From contig NC_043001.1 in assembly GCF_006345805.1 (NCBI RefSeq), positions 112,282,001 to 112,346,000 of the forward strand: DNA of 64,000 nucleotides, given 5' to 3'. A program made the translations under genes and the position numbers. The notes under the pieces were generated by a model. The model was not told where the DNA came from, made no database searches, and worked only from the letters and a program-made list of their open reading frames with translations. Below, in pieces: positions 50,973 to 63,565 of this stretch. Origin of the DNA: Octopus sinensis. Lineage: Eukaryota. The first letter of the stretch is position 1; the number at the start of each line of letters is the position of its first letter.

Positions 50973-51482
50973 ATTATATAACCCTGCATTGAAGATGTTT
51001 TCTACTTCATTTGAACGTTAGACATGTTGAATTGTTAATATATATTTTGCTTTTTCAGGCTCTTATTACGGAATATCTCCGAAATTCTAGGTAAAATTTG
51101 GACTTACTGACAGGACCAAGTGTGCAACTGTGAATGTTAATTCCTTTTGAATTCAATGGAGTCCGAATGATTTATATAGTTGGCCAACTTTGGGTAGCTA
51201 CAGGGTACGTCTACACATACTCACACATACTTTCATAAGTTTGAGCCAGTTTCGTAGGAGTTAAAGTTTCGTGGGTAGAAAGAGAGGAAAGGAGAGAGAC
51301 ATTAGTGGATAGATAAAGATATATAGATAAATAGATAGAGATAGATAGATAGTGATAGATTATTTGTGTGTGTGTGAGTGTGTGTATGTGTGTGTGCTTG
51401 TATTCACATACACAACTAATTTATCTCTACATATGTGTATATGCATAGATGCATACATATACATGTACACACGCGCTCACAC

Positions 51483-51523
<41 letters not shown>

Positions 51524-51554
51524 TTTATTTTAAGCAGCAGAAAATCAACAAAAT

Positions 51555-51592
51555 CTGTTACTCTGAGTTTCTCGTTGCCGTTCATCAGACAG
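51555..51592 (-). ncRNA. Minimal type-I hammerhead ribozyme motif
   Basis: Reverse complement reads CTGT-CTGATGA-ACGGCAACGA-GAA-ACTCAGAGT-A-ACAG. Confidence 0.65.
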
Positions 51593-52647
51593 TTTGCTAG
51601 AATGGAACTTATATATTAATTCAATCTATACTCTTACAAACGCTACACCTTTAAAAAGAAATGGACTTGTTTGATTGGCCCTTTAGAAAAAACGATCAAT
51701 CTTCGAGCGATAAACAAAAAGGTCAAAAATATATGTATATATATATAAAAAAAATTATAAAAATTATAAAATCCGAGGATTACCTTGATTATTTATATTA
51801 CCTTGATTATTTATAAATGACCCAAAATAGGATGTTATATTTTATTTTATATGTCTTTCGTATATATTTTTACTAATGCACCCATTTTTTAAAAGCAATG
51901 TTTTTTAAAAAAAAGCAAGGTTGTCAAAATTAAAATGTTTATATAAGTATGTGTATAGCAAAGCATATGTATTTGTAAGCATGCGTATCTGTGTATGTGT
52001 AAGTGGAAGTATGCTTGTGCTTAAGCACACATATACACGACGGTATGTATATGTATCCATTCAAACTTGTGTATGTATACTGGTCTCTATAGATGCCAAT
52101 AACATCGTTACAAGTTTTTCCCCCACCCCTCCTTCGTTCTTTTTTCTCTCTTTCCCTTTCTTTCGTTCCCCCTCCTTGCTCAGAATATGAGAATTGCTAC
52201 ATAGATGAATTTTAGCTTGCGTGCGAGACGGTTTGCGTGAATATATGTACACATGCTTTTATGTGTATATTTAGATTCATATTCATACGTCTGTATATGT
52301 ATGTATGGCGTTTACGCGCATCCTTTTGTATATGTTGATATATATATATGTAGATTTTAATATAAATATGTATTGCAGTATTTATAACAGGTTTAATTTC
52401 TATGCATTAATTTGCACTGTCTTCATTAACGGCAATAGGTTTTTTCCTCGGTTTTTTCCTCGGATTTTATAATTTTTATAAGTTTTTATATATATATATA
52501 TACATATATTTTTGACCTTTTTGTTTATCGCTCGAAGATTGACCGTTTTTTCTAAAGGGCCAATCAAACAAGTCCATTTCTTTTTAAAGGTGTAGCGTTT
52601 GTAAGAGTATAGATTGAATTAATATATAAGTTCCATTCTAGCAAAAA

Positions 52648-52685
52648 CTGTCTGATGAACGGCAACGAGAAACTCAGAGTAACAG
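52648..52685 (+). ncRNA. Minimal type-I hammerhead ribozyme motif
   Basis: Stem I CTGT/ACAG, core CTGATGA, short stem II CG-GCAA-CG, GAAA, self-complementary stem III ACTC-A-GAGT, cleavage triplet GTA. Confidence 0.65.
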
Positions 52686-52789
52686 ATTTTGTTGAATTTT
52701 CTGCTGCTGCTAAATATAAAGCATATTACTCTACCACTGGTATTTGAGTACTCTTTTTTCCACCTTGTTTCACATTTATGTGTTTACTC

Positions 52790-52791
52790 CG

Positions 52792-52837
<46 letters not shown>

Positions 52838-52975
52838 GTACATGTATACACATATATAATGACAAATATTTTGTTTTCTGTTACAAATCTGGTACATTGT
52901 AATCGAATACTTGAGACAAATGTAAACAAATGTCTCACTCTGATCTCTCTGCGGACCTAATATACATATATGCAA

Positions 52976-53015
<40 letters not shown>

Positions 53016-53254
53016 AGTATTTAAGTATAACTCAATATTTTAAGAATATATTTCTCAGCATCAGTGAAAGAATATATACATCCGAATATATATCTATATG
53101 TGCATAATAACCGTGTATATGTATATATATATACATACATATATATATATATGTGCATATATATATATATATATGTATATATATACATATATACGGTTAT
53201 TATGCACATATACATATATATTCGGATATATATATTCTTTCACTGATGCTGCGA

Positions 53255-53287
<33 letters not shown>

Positions 53288-53293
53288 GTGTGT

Positions 53294-53390
<97 letters not shown>

Positions 53391-53530
53391 ATATATATAT
53401 GTGTGTGTGTGTGTATATATATATGTATATTATATATATATATATAGTGTATATATGTATATATATATATATATATATAATTATATATATATATATATAT
53501 ACACACTTCACACGCACATACACACATACA
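52790..53530. repeat. Compound (TA)n/(TG)n/(CA)n region with a short internal duplication
   Basis: Direct reading. Confidence 0.9.
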
Positions 53531-54360
53531 CACATACATTTATTTATGCATGTGTAATTGTATATGTTCATTTATGCATCCATTTCCCCAGCCCTGTTCC
53601 TGGTTGCCTTTACCCCCAATGTACATTTGTATAGTTTTATTTCTTTTTCTTTTTTTTTTTTTGAAAAAAATACTCCTCGATTTCTTTTTTTTTGTTTTTG
53701 TTACATTTATTTTGTGTGTTCACTTGTGCATGTTTGTTTGTTTCTTTGTTTCTTTGTTTGTTTGTTGTTTTGCATATGCATTTAAGTGTAGGTCAGTATC
53801 TTCTAATTGCATTTGTCTGATTGGACACATCCTCGCCCGCAGGGATGATGGCAGACTTGTCTAGGACAACATATCAACATAATTCGTATTCCTTGGACAT
53901 CCTGCAGAGGTGACACCAACATTGGAGCATTTCGCGTCCTCTCATCGCTTCATTCCTTTTCCTCATATAGATTTTGTTCTCTAGTTTTTTTTTGTTGCTA
54001 TATTTTTGTATTGGTGTTAGAGTTTTGCATATTAGAACCGATGACAAACCTACCGTTAGACATGTTAAATTGTTAATATATATATATTTTTTTCAGACTT
54101 TTCCGCTTAAGAAATAAATGAATAGAAAATAAAAACCCCCCAAAAAAAGAGAATTTATATGTTTGTCAACCACCACATATACGTACAGGTGTATTTCCGT
54201 GTTTTTGTGGTGTTTCTGTCATGTTTTTTTTTTGGTATTTTATTTGGGTTTTTTTTTTTGCATGTTTCTTTTTCATCTACTTGTTTGCATTCTTTCACGA
54301 GGAAGTGTAGACGTATATCATATGTGAATATATGCGTCTGTACCTCCACCCACATATATG

Positions 54361-54411
<51 letters not shown>

Positions 54412-54459
54412 GCATACATTTATATATATGTATATATATATATATATATATTATATATA

Positions 54460-54529
<70 letters not shown>

Positions 54530-55414
54530 ATACATATGCACAAGGATATTTTGATAGGGTAATACATTAATAATCAATTTAGTGAGGTCGAGAGGTCATT
54601 GATATACAGGCTTACACACACACGTACATACGTACATACGTACATACATATATACATACATACATACATATACATACATACATACACATATTCATACATA
54701 CACTAGTGTATACCTCTATACACACACACACACACACACTATATATATATATATACACACACACATATATATATAATATATGTATATATATATATACACG
54801 CACACGCCCTCACACACACACACACACAGGTATGTATATAACCTTGTTTTCGTTTTACATTATATATCTTGATATATGTATCTCCACATTCGGCCATAAA
54901 TTAGAAGAACACACAATCCGTATGTATGACTGTGTTTGTGTTCATGTATATACACTGCGCATGCGTGTATTTGTTTATATGAAGTACCTAATGAGGCGGA
55001 GATGAGATTTGAAAGTCAACTGACCTATCAACGTCATGAATGCATCAATATTGATAATAGTTAAGACGTAAACACTGGTTTAGAGTTTGTTTGCAGATGT
55101 CTTGTAGACTATTCCAAATATTTGGGATATTTTCTGTAATGGTCAGAAGTATTCCGAATATGAAATTTCCGAGATAATTATTTATAAGAAACCACTCAAG
55201 AATGATTTTTAAGTAAGTTTTATTAACGTGAGGACAATATCCTCAAATTTATTACTTTTCTTTGCGTAGGGGCAAGCTCTAACTTTGTAGGTTTTGTAAA
55301 TTAAAGGGGCTGTTGGTGTGGCTGTGGAGTAAGGAGTTCCACTGCATGGTAAGTATCTTCTACTATAACCTCGAGCTGGTCAAAGTTTTGTGAATGGATT
55401 TTGGTAGACATATC

Positions 55415-55755
55415 TGTGTATGTATGTATGTATGTATGTATGTATGTATGTATGTATGTATGTATGTATGTATGTATGTATGTACGTACGTACTACGTAT
55501 GTATGTATGTATGTATGTATGTATGTATGTCAATATTTAGTTTATTTCAAGTTTTCTATCCTAGATCCAAGACTCTTTCATTGGAATATCAGCAACGGGG
55601 TATTTTTGTATGTATGTACGTACGTACGTATGTCCGTATGTATGTATGTATGTATGTATGTATGTATGTATGTATGTATGTATGTATGTATGTATGTATG
55701 TATTTATGTATGTATTATGTATGTATGTATGTATGTATGTGTATGTATGTATGTG
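55415..55755. repeat. (TATG)n arrays interrupted by a short repeat also present inverted at ~58840-58960
   Basis: TTTAGTTTATTTCAAG..CAAGACT..TTCATTGGAAT..GGGTATTTTTGT shared. Confidence 0.85.
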
Positions 55756-56137
55756 CAAATTTGTACGTTTTGTGTATGTATTCTCGTGCATATAGTTGCA
55801 TATCAAGACATTCTCACATATATTTAAATGATAAACTTCTGGAAAGATTTACAGATATCTACAGTTCCAGTGATGGAACAGCTAGTATAGAACTCGCTCT
55901 ATCCGACTGTTATATCTCAAATGTTCTTCGTTGTTAAGGGTGAGATGGTGACCATATCTCCTTGTAACTACAAAAACACCGAAATCATTTGCGAAAGCGT
56001 TGCACATATCAAGTCATACACATTTCATAGTAACGACTGTAGTTTCATTTTATTATTCAACGTTTAGAAGTTAGTAGACGCACCGCTGTGAAATCATATC
56101 CTATCGACTTAATGAAATGATGAACACATTGATAGAT

Positions 56138-56356
56138 TTACTCTTTTACTCTTTTACTTGTTTCAGTCATTTTACTGCGGCCATGCTGGAGCACCGCTTT
56201 TAGTCGAGCAAATCGCCCCCGGGACTTATTCTTTGTAAGCCCAGTACTTATCTAGCGCTCTCTTTTGCCGAACCGCTAAGTGACGGGGACGTAAACACAC
56301 CAGCATCGGTTGTCAAGCAATGCTAGGGGTACAAACACAGATACACAAACACATAT

Positions 56357-56427
<71 letters not shown>

Positions 56428-56590
56428 TACGACAGGCTTCTTCAGTTTCCGTCTACCAAATCCACTCACAAGGCATTGGTCGGCCGGGGCTATAGCAGAA
56501 AACACTTGCCCAAGATGCCACGCAGTGGGACTGAACCCGGAACCATGTGGTTGGTTAGCAAGCTACTTACCACACAGCCACTCCTGCGCC
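56138..56590 (-). mobile_element. SINE family A, full length
   Basis: Head and (AGTAAAAG)n tail intact. Confidence 0.93.
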
Positions 56591-56699
56591 TGGAGATTTG
56601 TTGATATTTGTTATATCAATTAACTCATTCGATTTTGGAGATATATTAGCTCTTTTCGATTACCTCGCCTTAATTTTTAAAATTTTGTTTTAAGTTTTG

Positions 56700-56965
56700 G
56701 TCGCTTATGCATGGCATAGTGGTTTGGGTATTCAACTCAGCATTATTTTATGTTGCTCCAGGCCCCTCAGCTAGCGAAAATGTGTCGTATCTCTATTTCG
56801 AACGGCCAGACTTGCCGCATTGTCTGTCAGGCTGAATCTCTCAGAGAACTGCGTTAAGGGTTCGCGTGTCCGCGGAGTGCTCGGCCACTTGCACGTTAAT
56901 TTAACGCGCATGATGTCACATCGGTCACTTCAGCAGGAACACTTATTGTAATCGACGAAGTGCCA
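56700..56965 (+). mobile_element. Old SINE with family-D 3' module
   Basis: GCATGGCATAGTGG..TGTTGCTCCAG..GAGAACTGCGTTAAGGG..GCCACTTGCACGTTAATTT. Confidence 0.6.
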
Positions 56966-57157
56966 GTTTACTTTCAGTAAGAGGAGTAAGAGCGTCACCC
57001 ATGCCAAGTTTTAGAGCTTTCAAGGTTGGAAAAGTAGGTCAATTTAGCCTCAAAATTGAGACTTCGCTCCAATGCTGACACCAGGGTGTCCACTGATGCA
57101 GGTTAGGTACCGAAGAATTACGTAGTAGTAGTAAACTGGGTGATTAGGTAAAAGATT

Positions 57158-57558
57158 CAGGAGTGGCTGTGTGGTAAGTAGCTTGCTAACCAACCACATG
57201 GTTCCGGGTTCAGTCCCACTGCGTGGCATCTTGGGCAAGTGTCTTCTGCTATAGCCCCGGGCCGACCAATGCCTTGTGAGTGGATTTGGTAGACGGAAAC
57301 TGAAAGAAGTCTGTCGTATATATGTATATATATATATGTGTGTATATGTTTGTGTGTCTGTGTTTGTCCCCCTAGCATTGCTTGACAACCGATGCTGGTG
57401 TGTTTACGTCCCCGTTACTTAGCGGTTCGGCAAAACAGACCGATAGAATAAGTACTGGGCTTACAAAGAATAAGTCCCGAGGTCGATTTGCTCGACTAAA
57501 GGCGGTGCTCCAGCATGGCCGCAGTCAAATGACTGAAACAAGTAAAAGAGTAAAAGAG
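57158..57558 (+). mobile_element. SINE family A, full length
   Basis: CAGGAGTGGCTGTGTGGTAAG..CAGTCAAATGACTGAAACAAGTAAAAGAGTAAAAGAG. Confidence 0.93.
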
Positions 57559-58233
57559 TATGCCGCACAGTAATAAAAACGACACTTCTGATCAGCTTCT
57601 GCATAGTTTTGTACATTTACAAGGTTTATAGAACAATTGTAACCACGAGCGAACGGAAATACAATAATCTGAAAATGGAAATCGAAATTGCATCGCTGTC
57701 TGAAGGCCCACTGGTTTTTAGCTGTTGTCACAAATACGTCGAGAATACTGACTTTATCGGAAAATAAAATCCGTGAAATGCTGGCTCATGAAATATTTAG
57801 AAGTTAATTTTCAGTAAAATTCTCCGTCGAATGATAATATAATTTGTTTTCTCTTCTCTCCGGAAGTCACTACACTGTGCTTAAAACAGTCTATTTTTAG
57901 AGGAACAGATAACTAGGAAATAGTAATGCAGTTTCTGAAGAATTTGGATGCTTGAGGGTAAGGCAGTGAGGAGGAAACATTCATTGACGGAAAGAGGAGA
58001 GAGAAATGAGTTAAAATATTGTACGGATTGTTGAAGTATGGAGTTTATTTAAAGATTGGGAAAATAAACTGAGAGCGTTTTGGTGACCGTTTTGGTTTAT
58101 AAGTCACGATGAAGAAATCTTTGGGTGAAAGGAGTAACAGACAAATCATGAAGTGGCTATTTACAGTTCAATGACCATCAGATAAAAATGACTTAACTAT
58201 TAGATATATACGTTTGTTCTGATGTAGTCCAGA

Positions 58234-58270
<37 letters not shown>

Positions 58271-58682
58271 ACTCTTTTTACTCTTTTACTTGTTTCAGTC
58301 ATTTGAATGCGGCCATGCTGGAGCACCGCCTTTAGTCGAGCAAATCGACCCCGGGACTTATTCTTTGTAAGCCCAGTACTTATTCTATCGGTCTCTTTTG
58401 CCGAACCGCTAAGTAACGGGGATATAAACACACCAGCATCGGTTGTCAAGCAATGCTAGGAGGACAAACACAGACACACAAACACATACACACACACTTA
58501 TATATATATATATATATATACATATATACGACAGGCTTCTTTCAGTTTCCGCCTACCAAATCCACTCACAAGGCATTGGTCGGCCCGGGGCTATAGCAGA
58601 AGGCACTTGCCCAAGATTCCACGCAGTGGGACTGAACCCGGAACCATGTGGTTGGTTAGCAAGCTACTTACCACACAGCCAC
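58271..58682 (-). mobile_element. SINE family A, near full length
   Basis: Same diagnostic head, body and tail. Confidence 0.92.
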
Positions 58683-59324
58683 ATACATATATATGTATGG
58701 ATATACATATATGCATGTATGCATGTATGTGAGTGTGTTCTGTGTGTGCGTTTGTGTATACATAGATATACGTTTGTGCGTGCGTGTGTGCATGTGTACA
58801 TACATACGTACTTACTACATACACGCATACATACATACAAACAAAAATACCCTGTTGTTGATGTTGAAATTCCAATGAAGAAGTCTTGAATCAAGGTTAG
58901 AAATCTGTTCTTTCTCCATTGGCAAGAAATCTTGAAATAAACTAAATAATTACATGCATATACCAAGTCTCAGATGTGTTTGCACTACTATAATATCAAT
59001 CGACTTTAGAATATTTTCTGGGATAGAAGAATGTTGAAATCTGAAGTGATGTCTGAAGTTTGAATCACATCCAGAAACTGATTCTAAACTAAACGAAATG
59101 TTCAAAGACAAATGAAACAGTCAGCTGTTGCTAACCTAGAAGTGAAATGGATGGAAATTTAAAGTAATAGGATTGAGTCATATGTCATGGCTTACTGGTT
59201 GATGGTTACATAGGTATGTTGGATGGTTTACTAATGCACACTTCAATAAATATAAACGAGTATGCAGATGCACGCATCCATAAATAGTGTCACAGGCAAA
59301 CGCCCATATTTACATGTACCGGAG

Positions 59325-60160
59325 CTGTGATCACGCCCTGTCTGGACCGCTTCACCCACCTGCAACGCCTCCGTGCTCGCTTCAGACCGGCCAGCATGAC
59401 AGCTCGTGAGACCATTGGCACTGGACAGTGACCCATCAGCGACGACACGGTACGACGTCAACTGTCCGCAAACAACCTGCTTTGCCGTCGTCCTGCTCGA
59501 GGGCCTGTCCTCACCTTTCGCCACCTTCATGAACGACTATAGTGGGATAAACAGTACGGACATTGGCGGCGTTGACACTGGAGGTTGATAGTCTTCTCTG
59601 ACGAGAGCCAGTACTGCGTTTCCACTTCGGATGGCAGGGTGGGGGTGTGACGAATGTGTCATGGAGAAAGACGCGTGGGGTGGCCAAAGCATCATGGTTT
59701 GGGGTGCCATAGGCCTGAATCGGAGAATTGGGCCTCATGTGTTCCAAAATGTTGGTGCAGGCAAAGTGAATGGCATCACAACGCAGCGCTACGTTGACCA
59801 GATCCTAAGACCCACATCGTGCCCTTCTTCGCCCGTCACCATAGCCACATGTTCCAGCAGGACAATGCTCTTCCCCACACGGCCAGGGTCACCACGGACG
59901 TCCTGCGTCAACACAACATCAGAACCATGCCGTGGCCGGCTCTCAGCCCGGATTTGAACCCAATTGAACACTTGTGGGATGAAATCCACAGACAGCTGAA
60001 CCAGGTGGCCCCAAGGCCAACGACTCGTGTGGAACTGGAGGCGGCTTTCTTCAGGATGTGGGCACAGGTGCCAATGGGTTTTGTGAACCACCTCATGCAC
60101 CCTATTTACTTACGGTGTATGGCCGTTTTGAACACCCAGGGAGGGCATACATGGTACTGA
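59325..60160 (+). pseudogene. Tc1-family (DD34E) transposase pseudogene
   Basis: ISDDTVRRQL..RRPARGPVL..IVFSDES..GGQSIMVWGAI..FQQDNALPH..WPALSPDLNPIEHLW..GGHTWY*; 34 residues between the second D and E; stops, frameshifts and a deletion; TIRs not found. Confidence 0.93.
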
Positions 60161-60329
60161 ACTTGTCACGCCCTACAATCGGCTCTAGCCACAAGCTGTA
60201 GTCATGCTGTGACACCGTCATAAAAGTTTATATCGAAAATCTAACTCTGATCTCCTGCACGACAGGCAGGGTTACTTACTACTATACTACTTATACTACA
60301 ATCTATACAATTGATATATATATATATAA

Positions 60330-60500
60330 TCAAAATAAGCAACAAAGTTATCCAGAAGTAATACAGTACGATCGTTTCAAGCAACTCCATTTAATTGAAC
60401 AATGCAATCATTGCATCAATTTAAATACAGATCAATCCTCAGCATAAAGACATAATTTAAAACAGATGGACACATTAGTATAATTTTACCTAAAATCTCC
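60330..60500 (-). repeat. Second copy of the long-stem-II hammerhead-like repeat
   Basis: Minus strand CTGAGGA...GAAACGATCGT-A-CTGTA at 60362-60445; aligns to 1900-2088. Confidence 0.7.
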
Positions 60501-60742
60501 AAGAAGGCAAGGAGATAGACAAAGAATATGCTGTCTTCATTTCAGCATGGAGTAGCTTCTAAGCTGAAGTGAAGACAGCGGTATTTCATTCGTCTTCATG
60601 AGGTGAGTTCAAGTTCCGCGGAGATCAACTTTACTTGCATTCATTTTTTCGGGGTCCATAAAATAAGAACCACCTAAGCATGTGGTTGATGTAATCAACA
60701 CACCCTTGCCCAATGTTGTTGACCTTGCGCCAAAATTAGCAA

Positions 60743-60787
<45 letters not shown>

Positions 60788-60791
<4 letters not shown>

Positions 60792-60979
60792 ATATGTTAC
60801 AATTACTCAATAGTCAAGATAAAACTAACTCTGAGTTTCAGATGCCGAAGTGGAAATCCACAACTCTATCTCTTCGGTTATCTGGCCAGATAACCGAAGA
60901 GATAGAGTTGTGGATTTCCACTTCGGCATCTGAAACTCAGAGTTTCATCTTGACTATTGAGTAATTGTTACATATTATT
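60788..60979. repeat. ~190 bp near-perfect loopless palindrome next to (TA)n
   Basis: Axis TCTGG|CCAGA at 60885/60886; arms differ by a 4 nt indel and about two substitutions. Confidence 0.95.
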
Positions 60980-61078
60980 TTATAGATAAATTTCCTCTAT
61001 TTACATAATATTGAGGTCTCTTTCTTTCTTTTGTTATCTTACCGTTTTTACCAACATATATATATATATATATAATAT

Positions 61079-61109
<31 letters not shown>

Positions 61110-61117
61110 TATATATA

Positions 61118-61342
61118 GTCTTTTACTTGTTTCAATCATTTGGCTGAGGCCGGCCTTGTTGAAGCACCGCCTTTTATTCGAAGAAATCGACCTCTGGACT
61201 TATTCTTTGTAAACCTAGTTTATATTCTATCAGTTCCTTCTGCCGACCCGCTAATTTACAGGGACGTAAGCACATCACCATCAGTTGTCAAGCGATCGTG
61301 GAATGGGGGGGACAGATGCAAACACACACACACACACGCACG

Positions 61343-61373
<31 letters not shown>

Positions 61374-61570
61374 CACACACACACCTCATACATATGTATA
61401 TACGAAGGGTTTCTTTCAGTTTCCGTGTCAACCAAATCCACTCACAAAGGCTTTGGTTGGCCCGAGGCTACAGTAGAAGACACTTGCCTAAGATAACCAC
61501 GCAGCGGGACTGAACGTGGAACCATGTGCTTGGGAAGCAAGATTTTTACTTCTCAGTCATGCCTGCGCCT
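61118..61570 (-). mobile_element. SINE family A, diverged
   Basis: TTTTACTTGTTTCAATCATTTGGCTG..AACCAAATCCACTCACAAAGGC..CATGCCTGCGCCT. Confidence 0.88.
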
Positions 61571-61574
61571 ATAT

Positions 61575-61760
61575 ATAGCGATATTTCGTCTGTCGCTACG
61601 TTCTGAGTTCAAATTCCGCCGAGGTCGACTTTGCCTTTCATCCTCTCGGGGTCGATAAATAAAGTACCAGTTTCGCACTGGGTCGATGTAATCGACTTAA
61701 TCCGTTTATCTGTCCTTGTTTGTCTCATCTATGTTTAGCCCCTTGTGGGTAGTAAAGAAA
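61575..61760 (+). mobile_element. SINE family B headless unit
   Basis: TATTTCGTCTGTCGCTACGTTCTGAGTTCAAATTCCGCCGAGG..GCCCCTTGTGGGTAGTAAAGAAA. Confidence 0.88.
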
Positions 61761-62129
61761 CATATATATATAGAGAGAGAGAGAGAGGGAAGGAGGAGGA
61801 GGAGGAGGAGGACAATGTGTATAACAAAGCATTATTGCATTATTGCCTGTTATTTTACTGTGTGTGTATAGTTCATTGTGTGTAGTTGAAAGTGTGTGCT
61901 GTTGGGTCATTTAGGAAAAAGACTAATTATTTTGCTTGCTTGTCACGAGCGACGTATCTGGTTCTGCTAATAGCGTCACCGCAATCGAATCAACGGGCGT
62001 AGGGCTCTCCTTCATCGTTCGCCGTTTAATGATATAGTTTTCTTCGTCACTCCTTCTCTGTGGATAAAGCATCGAAATGCGTGTGTAAGCTTAGCATACG
62101 TACTCTTACATATGTACGCGTGTACACAT

Positions 62130-62338
62130 CAATCAATTCATCTATCCACACACACGTACACATTCACACGCACACACACACACACATATAAGTATGTACA
62201 CGTATTTTCTATTTGTGTATAAGTGTGTATGATTATGCCTGTGTATATATATGTGTATATATGCATGTATATATGCATGTATATATGTATATCTAAACAT
62301 ACACACACACACACAATATATACACACATATATATATC

Positions 62339-62403
<65 letters not shown>

Positions 62404-62553
62404 TATATGTGTAGATATATATATGTATACGTATATCTATGCATATATATGTATATATAAATATATACATACGTATATATATATAAATTCTATAATATAT
62501 ATATATATTATAGAATTTATATATTATATATATATACGTATGCATATATATAC

Positions 62554-62592
<39 letters not shown>

Positions 62593-62610
62593 GGTATATA
62601 AATATAAATT

Positions 62611-62654
<44 letters not shown>

Positions 62655-62660
62655 CATAGA
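62130..62660. repeat. (CA)n/(TA)n microsatellite region
   Basis: Direct reading. Confidence 0.93.
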
Positions 62661-63174
62661 GGAGATAGAAAAGGAGTAAGACATAAAAGAAATATGCGAA
62701 AAACAGATTGAAAATAAATAGATAAATAAAAGAGTAAATTCTGAGACAGAAGGGTGGAGATAGGGAGCGTGTGGGCTGCGGTGTTGTGTTGCGGTGATGT
62801 TGCAGTGTAGTGGTGCTGCAAAGAGATTGGGGGTGGAGAAAGGATAAGATTCCCAAGATGCTTGTTCAATCAAAAGTGACAAAGGCTGCTGCAATTACAC
62901 GTTTAGTTTGTTAATTTTTCTCTAAATAAATGTCATGTGACATTAGTCAGTTCGAAATTGAATTCTTAGAATATATCTGCCACAGACATATTTTTTCTTT
63001 TTTTGCGCGTAGGCATACACACGTATGCAAGCACGTACGCTGATGAATAATACTCACAGATATATATTTGCCGCCATATGAGTAACTAGAAATAACAGCA
63101 ATGTTTCATTAAATTACACCCAGCGTCTTAAGAGAAAGAAGGTCTTATGTTGTAATGTTTCTTTGGTTCATTAA

Positions 63175-63565
63175 AGGAGCGAGCCGGCAGAAACGTTAGC
63201 ACGCCGGGTAAAATGCGTAGCAGTGTTTCGTCTGCTGCAACGTTCTGAGTTCAAATTCCGCCATGGTCGACTTTGCCTTTCATCCTTTCGGGGTCGATTA
63301 AATAAGTACCAGTTACGCATTGGGGTCGATATAATCGACTTAATCCGTTTGTCTGTCCTCTCTGTGTGTACCCTTGTGGGCAGTAAAAAATAAAAAATGT
63401 TAGCACGCCGGGTAAAATGTTTAGCGGCATTTCATTCGTCGTTATATGCTGAGCTCAAATTCCGCCGAGGTTGAAGTTGCTTTTCATCCTTTGGAGATCT
63501 ATATAATAAATATCAGTTGAAAACTGGGGTCGATGTAATCGACTTACTCCTTCCCTCAAATTTGG
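63175..63565 (+). mobile_element. Two tandem SINE family B copies
   Basis: First copy AAGGAGCGAGCCGGCAGAAACGTTAGCACGCCGGG with linker; second restarts at TGTTAGCACGCCGGG (~63398) and ends in the terminal tail. Confidence 0.88.

Larger units (their letters stand above)
51519..52725. mobile_element. 1.2 kb unit with ~260 bp inverted arms, each carrying a hammerhead motif
   Basis: 51519-51779 is the near-identical reverse complement of 52457-52725; ~680 bp unrelated spacer. Confidence 0.9.

Noticed and set aside
51059-51090. 32 nt plus-strand microexon with strong acceptor, phase-compatible with 33856-34000
   Set aside because: Too short to assess without transcripts; the joined peptide matches nothing I recognise.
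59100-60300. Terminal inverted repeats for the Tc1 copy
   Set aside because: No matching CAGT../..ACTG pair with TA duplication was found by eye; the ends appear lost.
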